Shown here in pieces: positions 28,627 to 60,953 of a stretch of DNA of 64,000 nucleotides. The number at the start of each line of letters is the position of its first letter. Position 1 is the stretch's first letter. Source of the DNA: Gracilinanus agilis. Taxonomy: Eukaryota. The translations under genes were made by a program, and so were the position numbers. The stretch spans positions 513,399,974 to 513,463,973 of the forward strand of contig NC_058133.1 of the NCBI RefSeq assembly GCF_016433145.1. Reading direction: 5' to 3'. Below the pieces are notes generated by a model that saw only the letters and a program-made list of their open reading frames with translations, had not been told where the DNA came from and made no database searches.

Positions 28627-29349
28627 TGCAATCTCATTTTTCTACTCTTTAAATAAGGAAATGGGGTGTTCTGGGAGGACTAGCACCTCTGGGGTGAGGG
28701 CTTGCTAAGCACATGGGGAGGGCATGAAAGGGATACCAGGCCCAACCCCCACTGTTGAGACCATCATTTCCAAGGACTCAGAATCTCATGACAGGGCTGT
28801 CGGATTTCCAGAGACATCTTCAGTTGCTGTCATCTTCCCCTTCTTAGGCCTTTTGGAAACAGGCCGGTTCTCTAAGCAGTTTCTCTAGCGTCTGCTCTTC
28901 CCAGTAGAGGTCACTGGTAATACCTTTTCCTAAAACTTCCTGAAAAATAAATCTGAATAAAATTTAATGCAGCCTCTAAAATTCTGCATGGCCAACAGCC
29001 ACGTCATACACTGAGAGCTAATTCAGACCTTAGGATTCTGATCTCGTTAAACCTAAAGGATACCTTGAGAGTTAGCTTCTCTGGTTAAAAAAAACCGACA
29101 ATATAGACCTGATTTCTACAACTTAGTGTTAAAATATGCTCAGTGGCTTTGTGTCACATTGGAAACAACCACATCTATATAAATAAATAAATATATATAC
29201 CCAGAAAATCGCCTCATCTTTCTCCAAAAAAAAATCCTCCCCCCCCTTACAATTCTTTGTTAACATTCTTAACTTTAACCTTCTCATTCCCCCCTTAGGA
29301 GAATGAGATTCTGCTAAGGATCTTGGCTTCATCAAAAGCCAACTTGCTT

Positions 29350-29517
29350 GGGGGGCAGCTGGGTAGCTCAGTGGATTGAGAGTCAGTCCTAGGTTCAAAT
29401 CCAGCCTCAGACACTTCCCAGCGGTGTGACCCTGGGCAAGTCACTCGACCCCCATTGCCCACCCTTACCACTCTTCCACCTAAGAGCCAATACACAGAAG
29501 TTAAGGGTTTAAAAAAA
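29350..29517 (+). mobile_element. SINE1_Mdo-type SINE with TSD
   Basis: Full length; TSD aaagccaacttgctt. Confidence 0.92.
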
Positions 29518-29920
29518 AAAAGCCAACTTGCTTCCGTACCTAAGCTTGATGGCTACCTAAATGAACGTTCACCCCTTTAGTATAACAATACACCGGAGAT
29601 GGGATTCACAAAAAGCTAGGCAGATCATCCCCCATCTCATTCAATAAGTTACCAATAGCCAGGTATCAACCATGCTCAAATAGGGTACATAGAATACCCA
29701 CATAGACTACTCTTCTTGGGTCTTCTTCCAAGCCTCTGGGTCCTACACACACACAAGGGTTGCTCTTACAATAAATGACAAGTCTTAGGGAGAATTCAGC
29801 AAGCCTTAGAGACAACAAAAGATAGACCATAAATCAGGTTTCTCTAAGATAAATAGTTGCGCCAAATTCTTCTTAAATAAGACAGAAGATATTTCTGATG
29901 CTGTCTTATTCAATAGTCTT

Positions 29921-30046
29921 TTTTTTATTAATTTTTTTTTAAACCCTTAACTTCTGTGTATTGGCTCCTTGGTGGAAGAGCGGGTAAGGGTGGGCCATGG
30001 GGGTCAAGTGACTTGCCCAGGGTCACACAGCTGGGAAGTGTCTGAG
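29921..30046 (-). mobile_element. 5'-truncated SINE1_Mdo-type SINE with TSD
   Basis: 15-bp TSD ttattcaatagtctt (29906-29920 and 30047-30061). Confidence 0.92.
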
Positions 30047-30483
30047 TTATTCAATAGTCTTATCAAAATAACAATGGAAAGAAATACAAGTTCAGGTTGA
30101 AAAGCTTAGATTTTTACAAATGAATAGCCTAGATGTTTTTCAGCTTTAACTGTTAGATAAAGATTTAGGGTTGTGTTCATATCCTACCAATCTCCTGAGA
30201 ATGGAGACTTGCTATAAAATAGACATGGTTATGACAAAGGGGACGTGGGTCCCCAAGTCTCATGTGAAATTCCAGGCAAGAGTCCTAGAGACAGCCAATA
30301 GCAATGACGAAATCTCCATCAGTCGGGCACAGAATCATACTGGGGAAATCAAGGCCCTCGCAAAGAATAGCTCTCCCAGCTTTTCCCTTGAGATAGAATG
30401 CCACTTTGCTGGCACTAGGAATCAGCTTAAATAGCAAGTTTTATTAGCTAGAGCTTAGGGCTAAATTATTTCTCGCCTGGTGC

Positions 30484-30516
<33 letters not shown>
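30484..30516 (+). repeat. (AAT)11 microsatellite
   Basis: Direct read. Confidence 0.95.
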
Positions 30517-30518
<2 letters not shown>

Positions 30519-31539
30519 CAGGTCATAAAATCTTACATCCTCCTAAATCGATCTCTAGAAACCAAGGAATGGACTGCACTTTGGAAATCCACCTATCTTT
30601 GTAGACTATAGGATCGTTTTCTTAAAATATCTAGAAAAATATTGGCCAACTGCTGTCAGTCTCAAGAGCACAGATATAGGCGTAGCTCCAGAGCAGAACC
30701 CCACTGGTGAAACAAATCCACAACGTGTAGACGTTTTTCTAGACATATAGTTCTAGAAGGAGTTCTGGCCATCATCAGAGCCCCTCTGCGCACTCGCCCT
30801 CTAAAGGAAGAGTGGCTGTCCTGGAGAAAAGGGGAAGAATTAAGGCACCAGGAAGACTTAAACCTTGAATGACATCCCGGGCGAGTTTCCCACGGCCCAT
30901 GTGACGGAATAGGCGGAACACGTGGTTTTGTCGTTTTCATAAAGGGTAACTGAGTCGCTTCGGAGAAGCCCGTTTGCTTCAGGACGAGATTTAAAATCAG
31001 GATGAAAATTCCGAGCCAGGCTCCCAGGACCCCTCAGAAAGAGGGCTGCCCACGCCACCCCTTTTCCACATAAATGCCTAACCATTTCCTTTAACGGTCT
31101 CCAGATAAGGGAGAAACCCTGCTTTTAGCCTGAGGTCTTTACACGCTTTACCCAGTTTCTCCCTGCCATAAACAAGATTCCAATTGAACCAGAGACCAAG
31201 CTTCTCGGGCAGCTCAGCTGTGGGAGCCTCTGCAGGTGCGGCCCGGGTGGCCTGCCCGGGGGCGCAGGGATGCCATAGCGGCACAGAGACCAGACACCAC
31301 AGGACCGCCATGCCATGGGTGGTGGCAGCCCCACCAAGGCATTTCCCCAGGGAGGAAGCCATGTGGCTTGGAAAATGGCACAGAGCGGGCCCTGCCAGGG
31401 TCCTTTGCTGAATCCACGCATCCCCACAATGATCATTTTTTAAAATGGCAAATCCATGTTTCGCTAATGAAGATGCTGATTTACAGTGAGTTCTTCAACA
31501 AAATTCTAACCCAGTAACAAGGGGGGGGCAGGGAGAGGG

Positions 31540-31995
31540 GGAAACGCCCTCCGGGGACTGCAGTCCACGCGGCAGCACACATGCGCAGTGCGGCACTGCG
31601 GCAAGCCTCCAGCTAGAGGACGTCATTTTTCCAAAATACGCAGTGCCCCCCCCTGCTGTGTGGGGCGTGAGGCCACTAATGGCGGTCTGCCGCAGCCCAG
31701 GCTGTCAGGGCTGAGATGTGAAGCATTGTGGGAATGGCTCTTCTGGTCTAAGACTTGAAGTCCGCAGAGGCGGGGGCGGAGTGCTAGCTGGCATGCGCAC
31801 TGCCACCCCCGCTGCCGCAGAGGCAGAGCCAACCCAGCAGGGAAGGCGGGGGCGGAGCCGCGCAGTGCCCAGTGCGCAGGCGCAGGGTCTCTGCCGCATA
31901 GCCCCAGGCGCGTCGCAGAGAGCAGAGTCTGCTGTCAAGGGTACGTGGAAGGACGAGTGTGGGAGTGGGCTCCCAGTCCAGGTTGGGGTCTGCGG
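31540..31995 (+). promoter_or_regulatory. CpG-island promoter module C (gene 2)
   Basis: NRF1-like CATGCGCA (31581 and 31792); GCATTGTGGGA (31723-31733) with flanks homologous to modules A and B; two GGCGGGGGCGGAG GC boxes; candidate donors at 31941 and 31996. Confidence 0.75.
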
Positions 31996-32705
31996 GTGAG
32001 TGAGTGGGACAGAGCAGGTGTGGCTGCGTGGGGGAAGAGGAGGAGAGAAGGGGAGGCGAGGGGAGGCGCCCCACGCCAGCGCTCTGCTCCTCTCGGGGCA
32101 CCCCTTTCGTTCCCACTTTTCAAACGGAGGAAGAATCTGCCTGAAGGAGCCACAGGTAGTAATTTGGGACCCGAAGGGGCGGGGGCGGGGCAGGGGTGCC
32201 AGTGATCCTGTCTTTGAGCCCCCAGGGATCCCCGGGCCCCCCACAGGAACCAATGGGGAGAAGAAGGGCCACCCAGCGGGTGGCCAGAGGCCGCGCAGTA
32301 AAGACCAAGGAGGACCCTGGCCAGGGGCTCCGGGTGAAAGGTGAGCAGGGGCAGCGGGGACGGCAGCTGTCAAGTCCCAGAGGCGCCACCACAGGGAGCC
32401 ATCGTCCGCCCGGGAGGGGGCTGGGCAGGGGAGTCTCCACAGCAGTAGTGAGTGGTTGGGGACTGTCATCGCATGGGGGTGGACCGTTACTGCACTGCGG
32501 GTCTATCTCGGGCTCCTCGGGGCAGGGGTCCGCACGGAGTACTAGCGGTACGGTCTGGGGGTTGTCACATCACTGAGGGGGTCCGCCACGGCAGGGTGAG
32601 AGTTCTCTGCAGAAAGCGGGGTCCTGGGGGATCGCCCCCCCCCAAACAGCCAAGGTGGGGGATGGAGGGTCCGCACAGGGGTGGTAGCCACCGCCCATGG
32701 CTGCA

Positions 32706-32771
32706 GGGTCCGCACTGCAGAGGTTCCGCCTTACGGGTCCGCATTGCAGAGGTTCCGCAATAAGGGTCCGC
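32706..32771 (+). repeat. 29-bp GC-rich tandem repeat (~2.3 copies)
   Basis: gggtccgcactgcagaggttccgccttac / gggtccgcattgcagaggttccgcaataa / gggtccgc. Confidence 0.8.
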
Positions 32772-32962
32772 CTAGTGCGCAAAGCAGGGTTTGCCGCAGT
32801 CCCCCTCCCTCCCAGCCGCATTATTAACCCCTTGCTGAGCGCCTGCCACTTGCGCATGCGTTGGGAGCACGGGCCCCCCTCCCACCTCAGGCAGAGGCTG
32901 AGGATTCCGCTAGGGGGCAGCCGAGGAACAGGGCGGACCCTGACTTCTCTCTCCTTCTCCAG

Positions 32963-52889
<19,927 letters not shown>

Positions 52890-52908
<19 letters not shown>

Positions 52909-53070
52909 ATGTAATGACTGTGGGTAGGCTTTTGATGAAAGGCAGATTGTTAAAAGACAGAAGAGAAAGAACCCTGAACTGATATCCTCGGACTGTCATT
53001 AATATGCGAAAGCCTTTAGTGAGATGAAAGTATTCAAAAGCCACCAAAGATCTCATACTGGGGAGAAAGG
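52890..53070 (+). pseudogene. Out-of-frame decayed zinc-finger repeats after the gene 2 stop
   Basis: PLECNDCG*AFDERQIVKRQ and KAFSEMKVFKSHQRSHTGEK read in frames shifted from the CDS. Confidence 0.75.
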
Positions 53071-53179
53071 GTGAGGGTAGTTAGGACATGATGAGACGGT
53101 CTGGTTGGAAGCTGATTTCTTATATTAGCTTAGTGCTGTTTGCACACATTCATCAGTCAAAACTTCTCTTCGCCTTTTC

Positions 53180-54150
53180 TGCCCTACCCAACCTCTCTGC
53201 TGACCTCCAATTCACATTTCCAGTTGCCTTTCAGACACCTCAAACTGGATGTCTAGTAGACATCTTAAACTAAAAATCTCCAACACAAAATCCCCATTTC
53301 CTTCCTACCTTCCCTGTTACTTCAGAGGGCAACACCACCTTCCCAGGTTCTCAGCCTAGGAGTCATCCTGAACTCCTTGCTCTCTCTCTCACCCTCCCTC
53401 CCCCATGTTCCAGTCTGTTGCCAAGGCCTGTTGATTTCACCTCTGTGACATGTCATAGGTACCCCCTTTTCTTCTCTGACACTGCCACTGCTATAGTGCA
53501 GACCCTCATCACTTCAGATCTGGACTATTGCAGTAGGCTGCTGGTGGGTCTGCTTGCTCCAGATCTCTTCCCTACTCCAATCCTTCAACCATCCAACTGA
53601 TTTCCCAAAATGTAGACCTGCCCGTGTTGCTTCTCTACTCAAATTCTGGTGGTACCTGTTGACTCTAGGATCAAATACAAAATGCTCCATTTGGCATTCA
53701 ATGAAGTCCTTCATAACCTGCCCCTGTCCTACCTTTCCAGGCTTCTTTTAAGTCTCCCCACCATGTACTCTTTGATCTAGGGATACTGGTCTTCTGGCTG
53801 TCCCATGAACAAAATGGTCCTGTCCCAGCATTTTCTTTGATTGTTGATTGTCCCCCATGCTTGGAATTCTCTCCCCCACCCTCAATTCCAGCTGCTGACT
53901 TCCCTGCCTTCTTTTAAGTCTCAACGATGGTCCTATCTTTTACCTTCCCCATTTTTGGTGCCTTCCCACTGTTATTTCCTATTTATCCTGTATATAGTTT
54001 GTTTTGTATATATTTGTGTGTTACCCCATTGGATGGTAAGCTCTTTGAGGGCAGGACTGGTCTTTTCTTCTTCTTCTTTTTTTTTTTTTTAAATCCTTGG
54101 AGTTTAGCCCAGTGCCTGGCACACAGTAAGCAATAAATGTTTATCAGTTG
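53180..54150 (+). mobile_element. L2 LINE 3' portion; its AATAAA (~54132) is the first candidate poly(A) signal after gene 2
   Basis: L2 text ending agcccagtgcctggcacacagtaagcaataaatgttt. Confidence 0.75.
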
Positions 54151-55059
54151 ACAAAGAAAAGATAGCAGAACTTCCAAGGAGGAGTTCAAAAGATGAGTAG
54201 AACAACTCTTCTGGTGGGGATCATAGTTTTTGGAGGTTCTGCCCAATGGAATATGCTGTTCCAGGAAGGGGCAGAAGGGGCAGTGCCAGGGCCAATGGCG
54301 AGATGGACATTGTGTATGGCTCGAGGGATGTCCAACACCTTCACATCCCAATATACCATGAGGTGGCAGTAGAGTCCCACAAGTCAGTGGAACAAATGAG
54401 AGTGATTCAGAATTTGATTTCTTAATTGATCATTTTCCCCAAATCACTGCTGAGCTATTTGTTTACTTAGGGGTAAATTCACCCATGGTTTCTTCTTGTT
54501 TTTTTTTTTTTTCTACGTGTAACAAAAAATCAAAGATGAAAACAAGAGTAAAACCCTTTGAAAAACAGTTTTATTTATACTTAAACCAAAAGTATGTATT
54601 TTAACGTGACCAAAAACAGTCTTTGCTGTCTGCCATTGTGCTTTAGCTGCTTTTCTCTTTGTTCCTGTGGCTTCCTGCCATTGGTGAGTCCCTGCTGGAA
54701 CTTCCATTTGCGGAAGGCCGAGTTCCGCTGCCTCCCCTGCTGCCGCCAGTCTTTCATTCTCTAAATTTTGCTGCCACAGTTTACTCTACCCTTTTCAGAC
54801 CCCTTTTATGCATTTGTCTCATTAGAATGTAAGCTCCTTGAGAGCATAAACTGTCTTCTGGCTTCCCTTCATATCCTCTGTGCCTGAAACATTGTAAGTG
54901 TACTTATTCATGCTTGTTGACTTTGGAATTTTCTGTTTTATATGGGTTATATTGTTTCTTATGGAATCATGCTTGATGCGTATGATGTTCTTATTCTTTA
55001 TTCTTCATTTCGTATGACTCCAAACAAATCTTTTTCTTTAGACTTTGCAGATGAGATGA

Positions 55060-55290
55060 TAGTGAACAGAGCTTTGGGCCTAGTTAGAAATACCTGAGTT
55101 TAAATACGATGCTTACTGTGTTACCCTGGGTAACTCCTGCCTGCTTCAGTTTCCTCAACTGTAAAATGGGGATAATAATAGCACTTCCTTCCAGGGAGGG
55201 TCGTTGTGAGGATCAGAAGAGATGTTTGTAAAAGACTTAGCACAGTGCCTGACACATAGCAGACACTATAAATGCTTAGCTGCTATTATT
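55060..55290 (+). mobile_element. MIR SINE
   Basis: cagtttcctcaactgtaaaatggggataataatagcac...gtgaggatc...aaagacttagcacagtgcctgacacatag. Confidence 0.8.
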
Positions 55291-58200
55291 ATCGTCATTA
55301 TTAGATGTGCCCTTCCTTGGGGCACAGCAGTATTATATTATTTTTATAAAAATGTGTTTACCCATTTCTCCCAGTCAAAGAAGATGAAGGGGGGTTTTGC
55401 TATTATGAACAGTGCTTCTGTGAGTATTTTTGTGCAAATAGATGCCTATATCCCCTATTATTGCTATTATACCCTTATGCATGAGGTCTTATGTAAAAGC
55501 TGTTGGGCACAGGATGGAATTTCTATGACTCCAAGAGAGATTTGGGTCTTTTCTTTGTCTTGGAAAAGTCCCCATCGTAAGCCCAATGCAACCAAATGCC
55601 ACCATCAGCCCTATCATGGCTGTCTTGTTTGTCAGTACTTTGGTGGATCCTCTGGTACCTGGTACCTTTCACAGCTCCGATTCTCTACAGCTACCAATCC
55701 CCTGTTTGCAGAATGATTTCATTCATTCTTTTTATTCTGTCGCTTTTTTCAGTTGTTGCTTTTATAGGTCTTCTGTTGGGCACACCCATGAATCAAGAGT
55801 TTCAAACTACATTGTTATTCTAATTTTTTCCCCTGTTTTAAAAAATTATTAACTTGGTAGACATCCACAAACAAAATCATGTCTATATACAGATGAACAG
55901 AAAAAGAGGGGCTTAGGGCTATCTCAGAACCCATGAGTGGTGACCAGAAGGTGGACACCTAGCTTGTCTCATGACCCCAAGCCTTTGTAGAAAGACATCA
56001 TGATGAGCCGCCACCAGAGGTGTGTACCCATCTTGCCACCCCCTCCCCACAGGCCTCTTGACTACTCATGGTTTTTATTTTTCTGAGATGGAGCACCACC
56101 AAGCTTTATTATCCAACCTGTCCCCCTTCTCCCAAGAACCTCCAAGCCTTACCATATGCTGTGCCTCAGTGCCCTTCAGTCCCCTGACCTTTTCTTGCCT
56201 AAATAAAACCCTATCCTTGTAGCACCTCTTGGCCTTGCCGTCTCCCCCGCTGCTGCACCCTTCTGCTCTGTACTTGAACTTTTTGATGTGTTTTCTCCCC
56301 CAGTGAGAGTGTGCGCTCCCAGAGGGCAGATCCTGTCTTGGTTTTCTATTTGTCCCCCCAGTGCTAGCCCTATGCTTGGTGTGTAGTAAGCACTTAATGT
56401 TTATTTATAACTGTTTCAAGAAATTAATTCTGAACGTGAAAAACACCAGTGATAAGCTAGCATTTCCATCTATGTAAGAGAACTAAAACAAGATTTCATA
56501 TGAAACGGAATCTCAATCATTTTAGCTTGTGTTTGTTTGTAGCTGTGTAATAAAGTCAAGTGTAACTTTCAAAGTTGACCTGCTTCTGTGTGATTCTTCT
56601 GTTCGTTTTAAAATAATACTTCAGTAGCCTTTTATCTTTCCTTTTTCCAATAACTTTCAACTAGTTCTCCTCTTCCACCTCCAATGAAAAAGACACATCT
56701 GAAGCCACTGAACAACAGCTCCCTCCATTAAATGTTAAGATCCTTGGAAGCAAGAATTGGCTTCCTCTTTTTGCACTTGTATCCCCAGGGCTTAGCACAA
56801 TGGCTGGCACATGGCAAGTGTTTAATGACTGGTTATTGACTATTAATTACCAAGCAATGCCACACAGCAATGAGTGATTTCTGCTGCAGCATATCTCTGG
56901 CCCAAGAGGATTTCCCCTTTCCCAGAGGAATCCTCTACTCATGCTGGTGTGGGACACAGCCTTGTAGCTCCCCATGTCCTGTCCCAGGTTGTCCGGAGAG
57001 TTGACTGTGCTAGCGTTGGCCTTGCTGGCGGGATTCCCCTTCTCATTTCCTGTGAACTTCTGGCTGATTTTGAGCACAAAACCTGGGGTGCAAGAAGTCA
57101 CTGTAGCTCCTTGTTGGATTTCTCCATCACCGTCTGGTTCCAGTTTCAGAATAGGAGGTAGAGGGGAGCTCGGCAGTCTGTTTCCCATTGGGGCAGCATT
57201 CTTGACCAGAATTATTCCACCTCATTTTACAGAGGAGGCAGAGGCCCAAAGAGCCTCACGAGTATGTAGCTGTGTGTGATTGCCCCTATTGGGGGACATT
57301 TGTGTGTCTGAGTAAATCAGTGGGTGGTGTATGTAAGCATACATGTCAGCGTGTGTGATAATTCAGGTGTGTGCGTGCACACGTGCGTGCATGTGTGTGC
57401 CCCACACTTCCACACCTTATGTATCCTCGTGAGCTGCCTCTGGCCTCTTTTCTCCAGATACCTCTCAGGGGGGACTGCCTCTACCTAGGTACTGAACTAT
57501 CCCTGTCCCAGCCCATCTCTGTCCCAGGATCTTCCCCAATACTCTGGGAACCTTTTCCAGACCAGAGCAACCTGGAATTGCCAGCTCCTGCCCATAGTAA
57601 GGCAGGCCTTCTAGGATCTACAGGATACTATCTTGATAAATCTGCAGTAATGAGAAACTTGAGGCACAAAAGTCCATGACAAGGTCAGCAGTTACCAGTA
57701 ATAGAAGTCAGTGGTCCCTCATTCACCAAAGAACTCCAACATGGTCACTGCAGCTTTTTTAATAGAGTTTGGTGGTTCTATAAGGTCCAGAGACACCCCC
57801 TTAACTAAGACTGTGATTGCTTCTGAACGATGCTCTCTGACCCTCCGAGAAAGAGTCTCCATCCATCGTGGCGGCTGGAAAGCCAGACGAGGCCAATATG
57901 CTCTTGGAAGGCCACCTGCCAGCTAAGCCCGCAGTGCCCTCCCAGACTAGGGATCTTCCAGAGTCCACAGTGTGGTGGAGGAGCACAGATGCGGCCATCT
58001 TCCTATAACATTCTCCAGAAGGTCCCTTATCTACCCGTCCCTGCCCTCAGGAGCCCAGTACTAGGAAAACATCTTGTGCCCTGGTGGGATCACCTCTCAC
58101 CCATCTTCCTTACCTCGCTCACCCAGCAGGCTTCTTTTGCTCACTAGACCTGTGTAGTAATACTTTGAGCCTTAATGCTTTACAGTCTGCTTACGATGGT

Positions 58201-58644
58201 TACTCTTATGATGGAACAAAAATCAATATAAATCAATAATAAATTTCACAATTCCCCCCTGTGATCCTCCAAAGGCTGCCTTTTCATGAATTCACAATTA
58301 GGTCAATGCATGAACTGATGGGGACATCCCCCCTCAGAAAGACAACGACAATGGAAATGCTTTGGTGCTTGGGAAGACAAGGGAGAAAACAAACACTTTC
58401 TTCTGTGTTACCTAATGATTAGCTTATCTTCACAGAACCTGTATCCCTCTCTGATGATTAGGTAAGGATACGGACAGTTATACACATGAAGGCAGCTCGT
58501 ATCATAATGGTCAGGAAACACCTTGTGGGCACTCAGGAGAGTCTCAAATGCCTTCATTTGATCCAAGTTCAGCTTCACCAATTTTATTACAATTAGTGAG
58601 GATCTGAGAGGAGATCTGAGAGTCAGATGGAGCCTTTGTCCTAC

Positions 58645-58925
58645 TGTAAAAAATAAAATTAATATGTAAAATATAACTTAAAAATATTATGGGTTTTATA
58701 AGATTTATTAGTAGCCACTAGAAAATAAAGCCACATGGCATGCTAGCTTAGTCGGTTTAAAAGCCCTACTGTTCCCTGCTCTCACCATGGTGGATTGGAA
58801 GCAAAGAGGAAGTGAAACACCAGCCCCTCGGTTTTAGCCCTCTGTCTACATCATTGTGTAATGACAGGAAGCCAGTGGGCTCACGGGAAATGTCATTCAA
58901 GGACCCCAAAATTTCCAATAACACA
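58645..58925 (-). mobile_element. Short solo LTR
   Basis: TG...CA termini, 4-bp TSD CTAC, AATAAA on the minus strand. Confidence 0.65.
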
Positions 58926-59154
58926 CTACTCGACCACTTTGGTTAGCCCATCCCTGAAATGAGAACCTGACCTATCACATCAGACATTCCCAAAAGAGAC
59001 TATTTTTCAGTTGTCAAACTGAACATTTCTTTTTACTAAGTATGGCGAGAGGTTTAATGATGGCTAGTGGTAGTTGAGTGTTACAAATGGCCCAGCAAAA
59101 GGGGACATGACAGGAAGAGGTATGGCGGGTGTGTTGATGCAATCTCTTGGGAGA

Positions 59155-59429
59155 TGTAGGATTTAAATTAATGTTCAATACTTCAAGTATTAATTTTATA
59201 AAGTTTATTATCTGACAAAATAGAACCACGTGACTTAAGTTTTCTACCTGCTCGGAAATTCCCCACTCCACCAGAGCCGCTGGCAGGAAGGAAAAGAGAG
59301 GCAGAGAGACGGACCTCGACCCAATTTATATACCATCTACATTAGCACGTAAGGACAAGAAGTAAGTGAGGTTCTGGGAATTGTAGTTTTGTTGGGGATT
59401 GTAGTTTTTAGGGACAGATTTTAATTACA
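59155..59429 (-). mobile_element. Short solo LTR
   Basis: TGTAGG...ATTACA; 3-of-4 TSD match; contains TGGGAATTGTAGT (59375-59387). Confidence 0.6.
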
Positions 59430-59633
59430 TAGAGAAAATGGCCTTTGCCAAATTAACATTACAGAGAAAATGGCACATGGGAAAGGTAGAATTTATATTT
59501 TCTCCAGGTAATACAATAATCAAGTGTCTTTGAATCCTGGTGGCCCACTCTCAATATCTATGTAATATCTAATTAAGCTATTGAATTAAATGTTTCAAAT
59601 CTCATGGTCTCATTCTTAAGTAGCTCTCAGTTG

Positions 59634-60396
59634 TGTAAGGGGAAGAGGGGTTTTGGGGTAAATATTAAAAGATTGGTCGCCAGAGGAAAAAATCCCCAAT
59701 TAAGGAATAACCTCAAGTCAAAATGGACTTTTATGGAAATTTATTTACAATTGAGAAGAGGAAGAAGAAATAAGGAAATAAGAATCTAACTCCGTAGGTA
59801 ATTTGCTCTGATTCCCTAGTTAATCCAGGTAGATCTAATTAACCCACAGCTGGGGGAAATCCAGCCTTGATCCCAAAGCTGGAAACTCAGAGGGCCAGGT
59901 TAATCAAGGTAGATCTAATTAACCCAAGGCCAGAAACTCAGAGGGCCAGAGGCCTGGGGGGCTGGGGGGGCCCCAGAAGCAAATGAAGCAAAAGCTTCAG
60001 GCACAAAGTCTCTATTAAAAGGGAAGTTCCTTAAGAGAAGTTCTGGAAGATTCAGTCTTTACACTCACCACGTGGAATTCCAAAGGAAGATTTAAGAACA
60101 GTCTCACCAAGGTCTCAGGGTCCCAGCCAGCACTCCTCCAGGAACCAGAAGAGCCCTTGACTCATTCAACTCTCTCTTTTTAAAGGGGTCACATGCATCA
60201 CTTCCTGTGCCTTCCTCCTAGTTTGTGTGTCCAATCACAACAGATGCTTCTCTTAGGACTGCCCAGGAGGCAGTCAGTAATTTCTGATTTGTTACTCTAG
60301 CACACGTGGGTTACAGACCACCCCAAAATGGAAATGTTTTCACCTTTGGTGATTAAACCTAAAGATGGGCAGTGTAGATTTAATCTAATTATCTCA
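59634..60396 (-). mobile_element. Solo LTR (763 bp)
   Basis: TGTAAG...TCTCA with a perfect 4-bp TSD GTTG; internal direct repeats. Confidence 0.75.
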
Positions 60397-60764
60397 GTTG
60401 ATGGCAGCTCTGAAGATGATTCTTCACAGAAGAGCTGCTTGGCTGGTAGAGGTACCTAGGTGTTCCTGCTCTAGCCTTTACAAAAGAGAAATCTTAATAT
60501 AATTTAATAATATCACATTAATATTCTAGGTGTTTCTATCACCTAAACCTTGAATTTTATATGATCCCTGCTTTCTGTCCTATAAGAAGTACATGAAGTC
60601 CTCATTTACAGATTTTCCTATTTTCATTTTCATATGTATCAGTCTTTATTTCAGAATTAAAACTCATAAAAAACAGCCAAAGTACATTCCATGAAAGTCT
60701 TTTCTATTTGAGGGCCAATGGTATACACATTTTTATCTTGTTGCTCCTCAAAATTGTAGGCTCC

Positions 60765-60953
60765 GGGGCAGCTGGGTAGCTCAGTGGATTGAGAGCCAGG
60801 CCTAGAGACGGGAGGTCCTAGGTTCAAATCCGGCCTCAGACACTTCCCAGCTGTGTGACCCTGGGCAAGTCACTTGACCCCCATTGCCTACCCTTACCAC
60901 TCTTCCACCTATCAGTCAATACACAGAAGTTAAGGGTTTAAAATACAAAAAAA
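60765..60953 (+). mobile_element. Young full-length SINE1_Mdo-type SINE
   Basis: Retains CpGs; 15-bp TSD aaaattgtaggctcc. Confidence 0.95.

Larger units (their letters stand above)
28720..31519 (-). mobile_element. Probable ERV remnant: 5' LTR (~31190-31519) plus non-coding internal region
   Basis: Minus strand begins TGTTACTGGG; after ~330 bp it passes into ERV leader-like sequence; two SINEs are inserted in the internal part; no recognisable ORF. Confidence 0.45.

Noticed and set aside
57780-57900. Faint SCAN-domain resemblance on the minus strand (RRVREHRSEAITVLV)
   Set aside because: The diagnostic EQILELLVLEQFL segment is absent and the similarity is too weak to support
59810-59960. 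Internal direct and palindromic repeats (gttaatc..aggtagatctaattaac, twice)
   Set aside because: They lie inside a solo LTR with a perfect TSD; enhancer-type duplications are ordinary in U3 regions
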